A DNA stretch of 35,604 nucleotides from Catajapyx aquilonaris (taxonomy: Eukaryota). Every line of letters starts with the position of its first letter. Position 1 is the first letter of the stretch. The translations under genes and the position numbers were made by a program. The stretch is from the NCBI GenBank assembly GCA_000934665.2, contig JYFJ02000982.1, positions 62,001 through 97,604 of the forward strand. Reading direction: 5' to 3'. Under the pieces are notes generated by a model. That model made no database searches. It saw only the letters and a list, made by a program, of their open reading frames with translations, and had not been told where the DNA came from. Below are positions 11,959-23,657 of the stretch, piece by piece.

Positions 11959-12721
11959 ACCCCGGTCCAAAAGAATGATGCTCCCTGATGCTTACTCAAG
12001 TTGAATAAAAATTGGGCAATATTCGTGTTGTTGAATTTTTGTTGAAATCTGTACATATCTATAAATTAGGGTACTTGTGAGTTTGTTTGTTTGTCCCTTA
12101 TAGAAATCCAGGGGAAGCCCCTACACCGCCTTAATAAACTGCCAATTACGCTAATTGGCCACCTCACGTGAGTTCGTATCGTATGGTCATTCCGGGATTT
12201 TGTGGGATTTGAAATTAGACTTCCAGACACAAATAAAATATACAAAAAAAACACTATTTACAAAAATTAGTCAGTGTTGAAAGCAAAATTTCCCACCAGG
12301 CATCTGTGCGTACATTTCTAAAGTTATTCAGGGGAACGAGGTGGAGGTGTGAGGTGGGGTCAAGGAGTCAAAAATTCTGGATAAAGACACATGGCTGCCC
12401 AGTCTTTTCCTGGGCCAACTACATCCGCATTCCTATTTTTTACACGTCCAATCAGCATATCTGCGTCGACAAACCTTGGCTTATTGTAACTCTTATAAGG
12501 CCTGTTTTAAGGAATATCGCATTTCGAGTGTATGGAATGCAAATTTTACAAACAAACAAACTTCCTAACATATACGTACCCCTATATCTTTAACAGCATC
12601 CCCAGCATACCCGGGAAACACAGGGTAACCTGGTACTGTATAATAGTCCTTACAACAATATAATCAATGCTCATCATAATTATACCACATTCTAACATAA
12701 TATATTGGTGGAGACTCTTTT

Positions 12722-12799
12722 CACTTCTCGCAGGATTTATCACTAGCACAAGTGCACTTCTCGCAGGGTTTATCCCTTGCACAAGTGCACTTATCGCAA
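12722..12799. repeat. 33-bp tandem repeat, about 2.3 copies
   Basis: cacttctcgcaggatttatcactagcacaagtg / cacttctcgcagggtttatcccttgcacaagtg / cacttatcgca. Confidence 0.85.
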
Positions 12800-13126
12800 T
12801 CATGCAAACCTGCCTCCAGCCTGCCTCATCATTGAGTCATTACGTGCAGAGTATAAATTTGCCAACACTGCATGCACCTGCTGTTATGTCACATTAGGAT
12901 GCAACCTTCAACCGTGCAGAATAACACACTTCAGTCGATTCAGGAATCGGTAGTGGCCGGATCGTCTCCCATATAAATTCAGGTACTGCGTATTCAATTA
13001 TTGTCACATTCCTTACTGTCAACTTAGCAGTAGGCTATTAGTTGCGGATATTTCACACCAGCAATTAGTGTAAAGACTCTGTACTCTGTACTCATCAGTG
13101 TCTAGCAGCCACTAACATCTGCAACA

Positions 13127-13954
13127 ATGACCATCGACTATTACTACATGGCACGAAGCCCTCCCAGTGCTGCAGTCCTTCTGACGGCCACGGCTATTGG
13201 TGTGAAGATTAATAAGATATTGCTTACCAGCGGAGATCAGCTGAAGCCAGAATACCTCAAGGTACTGTATTTATGACACTGACATACACCGTAGCTTTAT
13301 CTGCCTCATTGGTTTTCAGATCAACCCACAACACACCGTACCAACAATAGTGGACGATGGATACACCCTGGCTGAAAGGTATATCAGTATGTGCTTGTAT
13401 GTTCGTATTGTATAACAAAGGCGTCATGTTTCAGTCGTGCAATTCTGGTGTACCTAGCCACCAAGTATGGCAAAGACGACAGCCTGTACCCGAATGAGGC
13501 CAAGAAACGCGCTGTGGTCGAGCAGAGGCTGTACTTCGACATGGGAACGCTGTACGACCGATTTCTGCAGGTTTATGTGAGTACATTTTGTAATAAACTA
13601 CATGGTGTAACATCGACTCTCAACCGTGCTTTTTAACAGATGCCTGTATTTCGAGGCGGCGATTCAGTCGACAAGGAGAAGCTTCCAAAGCTGAAGGAAG
13701 CCCTGGAGATACTGGACGGATTCCTGTCCCAGTCCAAGTGGGCAGCAGGTGACCACGTAACCATCGCTGACCACAGTCTGGCCGCCAGTTTCGGCGCCTT
13801 GGAAGCTGTGAACTTCGACCTGACCCCTTATAAGAATGTGACCCGCTGGTTCAAGCAGTGCAAGGACCAGATTTCTGGCTACAAGGACACCATTCAAGTC
13901 ATGGTCGACAACCTGAAACAGTTGGTCACAGAGAAGCTTTCTAAGATGGGCTGA
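13127..13954 (+). CDS. Delta/Epsilon-class GST-9 (216 aa), recent duplicate of GST-8
   Basis: Exons 13127-13261, 13320-13378, 13435-13576, 13640-13954. RSPPS motif; upstream ~12820-12980 resembles ~10838-10990. Confidence 0.95.
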
Positions 13955-15986
13955 CTCATTATGCTGAACCCTCTGGATTAATAAAAATTGCAATTTAAAT
14001 ACCGAACTTCGTAACTAATGCACAATTCCTCACTAGCCCTGAAGGCACCTAAAATCATTAACTAGATTTATTTCTTTATTAAACTTTTCAGCAAATCAAT
14101 CTATTTAGTCGAGTAAATTAAAATTACGATGTTTTACCTCTTAAGTGTTAGTTTTTTCCCCGGATTCTAACGATTTATCCATCATCAAGCAGTTATTGAA
14201 TCAAGGCGGTAAAGTTGAAAGATGATCAGCCTAATGGCCGTAAGATTATTATCTTGAGTTATCAATATTTTTTCTTACTGATAACTATACATACGTCGTC
14301 GTCCTTTTTTCATTATTAAATTATTATCGGATTGATGATTGTCACTGTGAAGCGGCTCATGTCAGTGCAAATGTTTTCAAAAGATAAATCCGTGACATTT
14401 GAAGAGTTCGTGAGTTCAGTCAAGACCGTTGAAGAAATTAGCAGGTTGAAAAATTTAGTCATAATTATATCAAATATCAGCCAAATAAATCCGTGTCTAA
14501 CAAATGCATTTGTTGAAATATTGAACAATTATTTTGTTTCTTATTCAACGCAACGCATGATCGTTTATTATTATGTCATTTCCACCTGTGCCGCATCACA
14601 TAACAGTAATAAAAGTATGAGAAGCTCCGTCTTCGGATACTATCACGAACCAGGATGCGGCCTTCACAATTCACATGCATTTGTAAAGCTATCGTAAAAT
14701 TATGCAACAAATTTTCTCCTCACATCTACCACCTTTTCAACTCGCAATAATTCATTCAGTCAGTGTGAACTCGACAGGTACCGCCTATTACTATTGTATA
14801 AGCCTTGATAAGTACAGAATCGTGTGAAGTCAAGTGGAAAAAAAGTTAGTACAGTAACAGAATACGATTTTTCAAGGTTTTTGTGACGTCACGTTACTAA
14901 GCAAGATACAACTAACAATAGCCCAAAAAATGTAATCACTTGTAACTTTTTAAGAAATAAAGGTTTGCCATACCGTATACATTTGTTGTCCAAAGAAATT
15001 ACACTATAATGCTATGCGTGAGTTGAATGAAAATTAGCCAATAAAAGCATGGGGACAGAAAGTCACGTGGCGTCCTGAAGGCTGTGGGAATGATGACAGC
15101 GACTAGATCGAACGTCGCCTATAACCTTTTCTACCCCAACAAGTCGCTAGATCTGACTTTGAAACACTCTCCGAAATATCATCAAGTTGGCAAGAAACGC
15201 TACAGACTCTTAGCCTCTCACATTGCATATCATAGACAAGTAAGTACACTTAGTCATTACATTCACTTCTGCAGGTTCTAACACTTGTTACAATAATTGC
15301 AACTGTCGGCATGTATAGCATTGTTTACATCTGTTTGGCCAGTGGTAAATTAATTTTGAGATGGGTATTTATTTAAATACCTTAATGCAGACATAGTCAC
15401 ATTTTGGTCAAACTTCACTTAAGCGTAATTAAATGTAAATTGTCACTGAGCTTTGAATAATGTATTTATTAAATAAATCTCACCACATAATGTCCTTTTA
15501 ACAAACAATCACGTCAGGAAAACAGCTGTGACTCTGATCGTTTTGAATTTCATGCCTGCGTATTTATAATACATGTATAGCACTTATCCCTACTGTCAGA
15601 CAGCGGGTAAATCGATGGACAGTACATGCATCCACAGGATCGATTGATATTTTTGTACCAATGTCCCTCTTCTTTACTGCTCAAGTTTACGACTGCGTAT
15701 GTGCACGCAATGTTAGGTGCGACTGGGTTTACGACAAGGCAGTAAATTCAGGAGAAAAAAAATATCGATAGTAACAAAACAGCAACTTAGTTTACTTTAC
15801 CTATTTGCTATTTACATATTTACTTTGCCTATAACTTAGGTACCTGTACTCTATACTTTTTAACTCATTGTAATTAGGTCTTTTTTTTAGAAGCGCCTTG
15901 TTCCACCTGGAAAGGCAGAACCACACCAGATGGGCTGTACCTTAACCAGTCCCGAATTTGTTCAAGGACCGGACTATTCACCGACA

Positions 15987-17028
15987 ATGCCTATCGACAT
16001 CTACTGTTTCATTGCCAGTCCGCCTTCTCGTTCAGTTATGCTGACGGCCAAGGCTGTCGGAGTCGAGCTCAACAGAAAAGTACTGGACATGATGACTGGG
16101 GAACATCTCAAGCCTGAGTACCTCCAGGTATAATATCGCCTTTGGAATTAAGCAGAATAATATTATTGTCCTAATGATTCAATTTTGCAGATCAATCCGC
16201 TTCACACTGTTCCGACTATAATAGATGACGGATTAATTCTGTCAGAAAGGTATGTACTGTACTGTATTGTGACATGCATGTGTAACTATGGCGCCTGTAT
16301 TTCCAGCCGTGCAATCCAGGTGTACTTGGCTACCAAGTACGGAAAGGACGACACTCTGTACCCAAACGACGCCAGGAAACGTGGATTGGTCCAGCAGCGA
16401 CTCTTATTCGACATGGGAACTCTGTACCAGAGACTTTGGGACGTTTATGTGCGTATACCGTCAATTGGGGTGAGATTGTGACAGGTGGGGTGAGATTGTG
16501 CCAGCGCATTTTTGGACAACAGTGCGCCATACTGGCAGCAAGCGAATTTAGGCTTGTTTTATTACATTGAGGAATGGTCAAGGTTGGTAATGACGGACGA
16601 GTAACTGTCACAATCTCACCCAACCTGGCACAATCTCACCCATCCTGGCACAATCTCACCCAAATTGACGGCATGTCACCCAAAAAAAAGTGAGAGTTTC
16701 CGATAAGACCTGTCTTTCGCAGAGGCCCGCGGTGTTTGCACAGAAACCAATCAACGAGGATAATCTTCCAAAATTGAAGGAAGCGCTGGACGTATTCGAC
16801 AGCTACCTGTCCCAGTCTAAGTGGGCGGCTGGTGACCAGGTGACCATCGCTGACCACAGTCTGGTCGCAAGCATCGGAACCTTCGATGCGGTCAGGTTCG
16901 ACCTGAGTCCATACGAGAACATAACCCGATGGTACAAACAGTGCCAGGAGGAACTTCCTGGATACCAGGAGACCATTCAAGAAGGGGTCAACTACTTCAA
17001 AGAATTCACCAAAGATCTTGAATTATAA
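15987..17028 (+). CDS. Delta/Epsilon-class GST-10 (215 aa)
   Basis: Exons 15987-16127, 16191-16249, 16307-16448, 16723-17028. ASPPSRSV, GEHLKPEYL, INPLHTVP motifs. Confidence 0.94.
16458..16671. mobile_element. 214-bp MITE in intron 3 of GST-10
   Basis: About 28-bp near-perfect TIRs ccgtcaattggggtgagattgtgacagg / cctggcacaatctcacccaaattgacgg. Subterminal repeats gggtgagattgtg occur twice on the left and as reverse complement three times on the right. TA flanks the left end. Confidence 0.88.
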
Positions 17029-17179
17029 TAATGCATGGTGGAACAGGTCTTTACGGCTAAAATTTTGAAGCAAAAAATTGCAAATTACAAAAAAAAGCAT
17101 TCAGTACTGTTTAATATATAATTAATTAATGAACCTCATGGGAGGCATGGATGGTAAATTAGATTTTTTGGGGGGGAAG

Positions 17180-17740
17180 TGATCCAAAGTTCTCAATTTC
17201 TGAAACATTGACCAAATTTACATGTCATAACGGAAATGGGATTCTGTGTTCTGGAACTACCAAAACAGTGTACAGAATGATGTAAGTGACATGTAAACTA
17301 ATTCACAAGTTAATGACCTGGGGCAAATTCACGTAATCATTTTATTGCGATGGTTATTACAAGTACTACACAGCAAAATTATATTCCCGAGTGTACATTT
17401 TGCACTATATTACTTTTTGTCCAGAATTCGATTAAATTATTTTAGTAGATCAAATTACTGAATAGTAATACTTGACACTGTGCAAATAAGCATTAAAAGA
17501 GTTATAGTTCTCCGGTGTTTTCCCGTCTTTTTGTTGCAGGGTAGTAATTCTATTGTTTCGGGTTTTTACGATATTGGAAAGAAATTATTTCCCCTTCTTT
17601 ATGATCATGCAAGCAAACCTTGCAACCTACAATAATAATTACAACTTTCATTCTGTGGCTTCATAATAATTACCATCGTGATAAAATTATTTTCAGGCCC
17701 TCAAATATTTTTACTATAATAATAACTGAACTTTGGATCA
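17180..17740. mobile_element. Possible decayed MITE (~560 bp)
   Basis: Perfect 13-bp inverted repeat tgatccaaagttc (17180-17192) / gaactttggatca (17728-17740) around AT-rich non-coding DNA; no clear TSD. Confidence 0.45.
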
Positions 17741-18108
17741 ACTAATATTAATGCACTACGCTTTAGACATATGAATAACTGTAAAAATAAACGAAATAAA
17801 CACACAGTTACAAAAACCTTGCCAGCTTCTGTGGTTATTACAATATTATGCAACTCGGTGCAGTGCAAGTGGGACGAATGGACGTTTTTTAAATTAAAAT
17901 TTATTGCCTATACAGTATACCTGCAGCGGACATAAAATTGTTATAGCTCGGTGCACCTGAAAACTGCATTTGGCCTCAGTGTCTGATCAGCACCGGCAAC
18001 GAAAAGTAGCGTTCCTTAAAGGTAAATCCTAACAAACATACTTTTGTTTAGTACTGCACATTATGGTGTATACTTCATTTTTATGTCAGGCTTCACATCT
18101 AGACAACT

Positions 18109-19025
18109 ATGCCTATCGAGTTTTACTACATGAAGGGCAGCGCGCCTTGCCGTGCAGTGATGCTGACCGCTAAGGCTCTCGGACTTGACCTCATCTTCAA
18201 GGAGGTCAGCGTGCTGGCCAGTGAGCAGCTCAATCCCGAATTCGTCAAGGTAACATAATCTTTGATTATCCAATTTTTTGGACTATAAGATTTGCTAACT
18301 TCTCGCGTGTTTCAGATCAATCCGCAGCATCTTATTCCTACCATAGTGGACGATGGTTATGTGCTTTGGGAAAGGCAAGTACTATGTCTCTCAAATCCAT
18401 GTTAACAAAATAATATTATAAGAATTTTTGTTGTTTTACAAAATTGGATTGGTAAACCATTTTTAATGCAATTAGAGCTTTCAGTAATTTATTAGTCTTC
18501 TCCAGCCGTGCCATTAACGTGTACCTAGTGACCAAGTACGGCAATGACGACTCCATGTGTCCGATAGAGGCCAAGAAGCAAGGATTGTTACATCAGCGAC
18601 TCAACTTTGATCTGGGCACATTGTACCAGCGATTTGACGATGCATATGTAAGTCCATATCCAAACTGCTTTTTACACCAAACCTTACTCTGAATAAAGTT
18701 TCCAGCCATTTTCTTCGGTGGCAAAGAGATCCATAAGGACAAAGTGACATGTGTCGACCAGTCCATGAGTCTGCTGGACCTGTTTCTGGCCCAGTCCAAG
18801 TGGTCAGCAGGTGACCACATAACCATCGCTGACCACAGTCTGGTTGCGACAGTGAGCACAATGGACGCCGTTGGGTATGACCTGACCCCTTACAAGAATG
18901 TGACCAACTGGTACAAGCAGTGCCAGAAGGAGATGCCAGGTTACAAGGAAGCTAACCAGGAAGGGGTCGACGATTTTAGAGAGTTGGCCAAACAAATGTT
19001 GGCTGGGAAGAAATATTCACACTAA
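18109..19025 (+). CDS. Delta-class GST-11 (222 aa), most canonical Delta N-terminus in the array
   Basis: Exons 18109-18249, 18316-18374, 18506-18647, 18699-19025. [38 protein letters not shown] donor on intron 2 and AAG acceptor on intron 3. Confidence 0.92.
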
Positions 19026-20553
19026 ATAATATTCTTGTTCAGCAGTAGCTAATAACAGTGCGTTCAATTGCGGAATTAATTCAATAATTAAAACGTACTG
19101 TACAAGTCAATAATAGTTTACCCCCAACAACCGGTGTAAATAGAAGCTAAGTTACTTATACTGGCTGCTGGGATCAACAATGCGTGTCTTATCATCTGTT
19201 AATATACTTGGGTTAGGTGTAGTGTTGTACTGTACATGCCAAGTGTTTTTTTAGAGGTTGTAACATCTTATTTAAGCGGATGTTCCTGACTTGTTTATGA
19301 CCATGTTGCACAGGAATAAATGATGCAATGAGACCAGTATTTGATTTATTAACAGGAAGCAAGATGCGTAAATGTCAAAAATTATTCGCAGTTTTCATAG
19401 GTGTCGGAACGTACTTTGTTTTCTGAGCTGTGCAAAATCGCCAAAAGAAAATGCCCTGGAACAATATGATTCAAATCTACCGTAATTTAACGGAATATTC
19501 AATTCCACAATTTTTTTGACTCCAACTATACAGTAGTTTAGTTGCACACTTTTACTTCATAATAGGCAAATCGCATATTTTCACACGCATAATATGACTT
19601 ATTGAATAACTTGCACATTACAGTTTGTTAGTTTACAATAGAAAAGAAACACTCAATTTCCTGCCATTGCACATATAGGCCTACACAGTGTATCGAGGCC
19701 ATTTCGCAAATAGCAAAAAAAAAAAGCCAATTGTCGCACTCATTTGGCAGGAAATTGGACAGGATTGTAAGGCAGTCTTCCTGCTCACTGACCAGTGACT
19801 GTGACTGATGTTTGTAGGAAATATGAATACCAGAGGCGACCTCATTCATTGGGCCCAGTGTTGTCTAGTTTCCCTTCCCACACTCTCCCGGACCCACTAC
19901 TTGATACCACAGACATCCAACCGTGCTGGAATGTTGTTGGGCCGGCGAAATGTTAAGCAAGAGGATAAAAAACGAGGCCAAGGCTGCTGCCAGCAAAAGC
20001 TGCATTGGACTGCATACAGGGCATTGCCATCGAGTCCTCAGGTAAGCCAACACGTCTCTATACCGTAGCTCCACATCACCATAGGGTTTCACACATTATA
20101 ATTCTTGCCAAAAAATGTGTTGAAAAGTACGCAGGGTGGTACTCAGCAGTTTTGTAATTGCTTCCCCCAGCAACAATTTTAAATAGCAAATAGCAATAAC
20201 CCTCCTAGGAAACAAACATTAATTTTCCATTAAGCCTGTTCACAAAATTGTTGTTACGGCAATAATAGCTTAACAATAACATAGCAAGTAATTTCATATA
20301 CCGTATATATATAAAAGGCAACGTTTGTTTGTTCATTTATCATACCCATTTGCTGTCCTGAATTCCCGTGAATTCCACTTGAGAGTTGAGGCCACCTACA
20401 CTGCATGTGGAGCCCGGTTATTGCACAATCCGGTTCTGAATGACACCTTAGCTAATTAATTACCATGTCCTTGATAATATTTCCGGTATTTTTTTATGTA
20501 GTCTTAATTTACAGGTTCTTGATTGTTGACAAGTTCAACCACCGAGTTTGATC

Positions 20554-21548
20554 ATGGGGCCGTTGAAACTGTACCACTGCACGGACAGTCCTCCGAGTCT
20601 GGCGGTCAGGATGACCCTGAAGTACCTGGGCATCGAACCAGAGCTGATTGAGATCGACTTTGCCAATGGGGAGCACATTTCTGATGATTTCAAGCAGGTA
20701 ACAAGTTGTAAAATAAACATCTTTGCTCTCGATAAATTATGTGGGCCTATTCACACTACCAGCAATTAATTGTTGTTTCAGAAATATCCCCAAGGAGAAA
20801 TTCCTCTATTGGACGACGATGGATTTTATCTCGGAGAAAGGTACAGTGCCGGTATGTCACATTCTCATTACCCGCAGTATAAATGCAATGTTACGCATAT
20901 TGCAGCATCGCAATTCATCAGTACGTAGCTGACAAGTTTGCGATCGACGACAAACTGTACCCGAAAGATCTTCAACAGCGAGCCATCGTCAACCATCGTC
21001 TGGCCTTCAACTTGTCCACATATTACGCACCCATCTGGCACCACACTGTAAGTGCAAGTGCAGGTCATACAAGATAAGTGCATGTCATACAATGGAAAAT
21101 AATGGAAACGGATTTTCAGGTGATGCCCATATTTTACGCGTACCCGAAGACGGCCGAGGGAGACCGAAAGGTCACAAATGCCATCAAGGTCATGGACTTT
21201 GCATTGAAAATGTCTGGCACAAAATACGTCGCTGGAGGTACTAATTTGCGAATAATAATTAATGCCATGCAGATAAACAATCCGTAATTTTTTCCCCCCC
21301 CAGATCACTTGACCATCGCAGACAATGCTCTGATCACCTCCACCGGTGTCCTAGAGGCGGTCAGGATCGACCTGACCCCATACCCACATCTGACCCAATG
21401 GTACGAAGGCTTCAAGAAGAACCACCCTGACCTATGGGCCATCGAGGAGCCTGGAATGCTGGAAATGAGAAACTTCCACGACAATCCTCCTGATCTATCG
21501 CATCTCAAGCATCCCTTGCATCCCACCGACAAGAAAGCACTGGGTTAA
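20554..21548 (+). CDS. GSTu1: 'Unclassified' insect GST (GSTu1/Iota-type, 235 aa), GST-12
   Basis: Exons 20554-20697, 20782-20840, 20906-21047, 21120-21237, 21304-21548. Hallmarks PPSLAVRM, EIPLLDDDGFYLGES, RAIVNHRLAFNL and C-terminal NPPDLSHLKHPLHP match the insect GSTu1 family as I recall it. Confidence 0.9.
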
Positions 21549-21845
21549 TCATTACATAGAGGTCATGCTCACCTTAATTACAATAAAGATGTTGCACTAA
21601 ATTGGAGCTTCTAAGTGCGCACTATATTCAACAGATATTAATTACATGCTTCCCAATTATTACCCAGCAGACATGTCAGAATTTGTACTGTTACTAGGAG
21701 CAATAAATTAATTTTTGCCCTATATGTGAGACCGCAAATTTGATTTATTTTAAATTAATTTTGATGTTCAATTGTTGGTCGTAAATATAATAGAGGAGAT
21801 ACAGCGGTAATACGACTCTAATTTTGTATGTACAGTAGGTAGGCC

Positions 21846-22075
21846 CACAGAAGCAGGTTGGCATAGTGGATAAGGCGTCCGACTGCTAATCGGGAGGTCC
21901 TGGGTTCGAATCCCGGGGCCGGCAACCTTGCCCGTGGTTTTCTGTGGTTTTCCACGGTCTTTCTAGGATAATTCCGGGGTCGCTTCCGTATAATAGGCCA
22001 CAGCCGCTTCCTTCCTTCCCTATCCTTGGAGGTTGAATGGCAAATGCTGGGCCAACCTTCTTAAATATCAATTAA
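21846..22075 (+). mobile_element. Full-length tRNA-derived SINE with 12-bp TSD
   Basis: A box TGGCATAGTGG and B box GGTTCGAATCC; body ...taggccacagccgcttccttcc; flanked by direct repeat agtaggtaggcc (21834-21845 and 22076-22087); second copy at 30599-30778. Confidence 0.92.
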
Positions 22076-22444
22076 AGTAGGTAGGCCTATTCACAATAAA
22101 TAATGCGACAAAATCGGATAAATTTACCATCCTATTAATAATGATTAATCTGAGTTTCACTGATAATCCTATGATTACAAAATATAGTTAATAGTATGAC
22201 CAGTAGATGTCTCCACAACACCACTTTTCCAACATTAAAGCGCCTCAAAGCGGCGTACAACCAAACTAAGTACAGCAATTATTATTATTTGTGCATGTTG
22301 TACCACATGTCACGTAAAGGATAAAAATTACGTAGCATATCGCACTTTCCCTCATTGTTCTTCCATCACTGTACTTTGTAAGTATGTGTACTACCACACT
22401 TCACTTTGGTACTAGTACATTTTGTTCATTACATTCAGCCGCCT

Positions 22445-23657
22445 ATGTTGGCGACATTCATGAACCACATGTCCAGTAGGTGCTCCGGCAAGATGTTGAT
22501 GTACTACTATGACCAGTGTCCATTCTGCCGGTCGACAAGGCTGGTGGCCAGGGCACTGGGGATCTGCATGGAGGAGAAGCACGTGGACCTCTCTAAGGGA
22601 GAGAATCAGACACCGGAGTTTGGGAAGGTATTACCAAAAAATAATATAAAACAACGCACCATATGAAAAAGCAAAACTAGCTTGACATGAATTGCTAGCC
22701 GTACTTTTTAACCATGTTTGCATTGAACTGCTCAATTATTCCGAATGAAAGCCAATCCAGGAAATTAATTGTCAATTCCACTCTCCAGATCAATCCAACA
22801 CGCCAGGTTCCAACTCTCATCGATGGCGACCAGACATTGTGGGAGAGGTAATTAAGCAGTGTTTGCCAAAATATTGAATCATTCATGATATTCCAGAGAG
22901 AGAGAGAAGAAAAAAAAAAATCTGTTGGAAATTTGAATCGATAAAAATGCAAAGATTTAATAGGGTGTAATGAAGTGAGTAGATCAACCCGTGATTATTT
23001 TTTGCTGTTTGCCACTAATTAAAGTAATATTTTAACTTCATCCTTTTTAGTCGCCCATTGATGATGTACCTTGCGGAGAAGTATGGCCAGAAGGACGGTG
23101 GCACCTTTTACCCAACAGATCCTGTGAAGCGATTTCGTATCAACGAAAAGATTTTCTACGAGGCTGGGACTCTCACTAGACAATACATTCAGTGCTACGT
23201 ATGTATGACATGCTCACAAGGTGTAGTCAGGAGTTTGATTAATTTTCACCTCTAAGAGCTAGCTTCATAGATTCAATAGATTTCAAATTAACACCCTGTT
23301 TTGCAAAACATTTTACTGATTCCATTTTCATTTCAGATACCAGTTATAAAACAGGGAGCAGCAGTTGATCCACAGAAGAAGCAGCTGCTTCTGGATGCTC
23401 TGAAAAATGTGGATGACATACTTTCGAAGACTAAATGGATTGCTGGTGATAACATGACCGTTGCTGATTGTGCCTACATCGCGTTCATCACTACAATTGA
23501 GGCGGTCAAAGTGGACATGAGTCCATACCCAAACATCCGTCGCTGGATCTCTGATTGCAAGAGTACGATGCCTGGATACGAGGAGGTGAACGAGTATGGG
23601 ATCAAGCAGTTCAAGGAGAAATTGGTTAACAATATTCCAGCCCTCAACCAGCAGTAA
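22445..23657 (+). CDS. Divergent Delta/Epsilon-fold GST-13 with CPFC active site (236 aa if the first ATG is used)
   Basis: Exons 22445-22627, 22789-22847, 23051-23198, 23337-23657. YYYDQCPFCRSTRL, INPTRQVPTL, LWESRPL, WIAGDNMTVAD. Start codon uncertain (22445/22460/22469/22493). Confidence 0.92.

Noticed and set aside
14332..14697. 121-aa ORF with a GCGLH motif, possible decayed transposase
   Set aside because: TTG start, AT-rich, no TIR/TSD found, and only a 5-residue resemblance; needs tBLASTx.
16467..16661. CRISPR-like short repeats
   Set aside because: Eukaryotic intron; the repeats are inverted subterminal repeats of a MITE, with no spacers or cas genes.
21850..21925. Functional tRNA-Ser(GCT) gene
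   Set aside because: It lacks the long variable arm and a good acceptor stem, continues into a repeated body, is flanked by a TSD and has a diverged second copy, so it is a SINE head.
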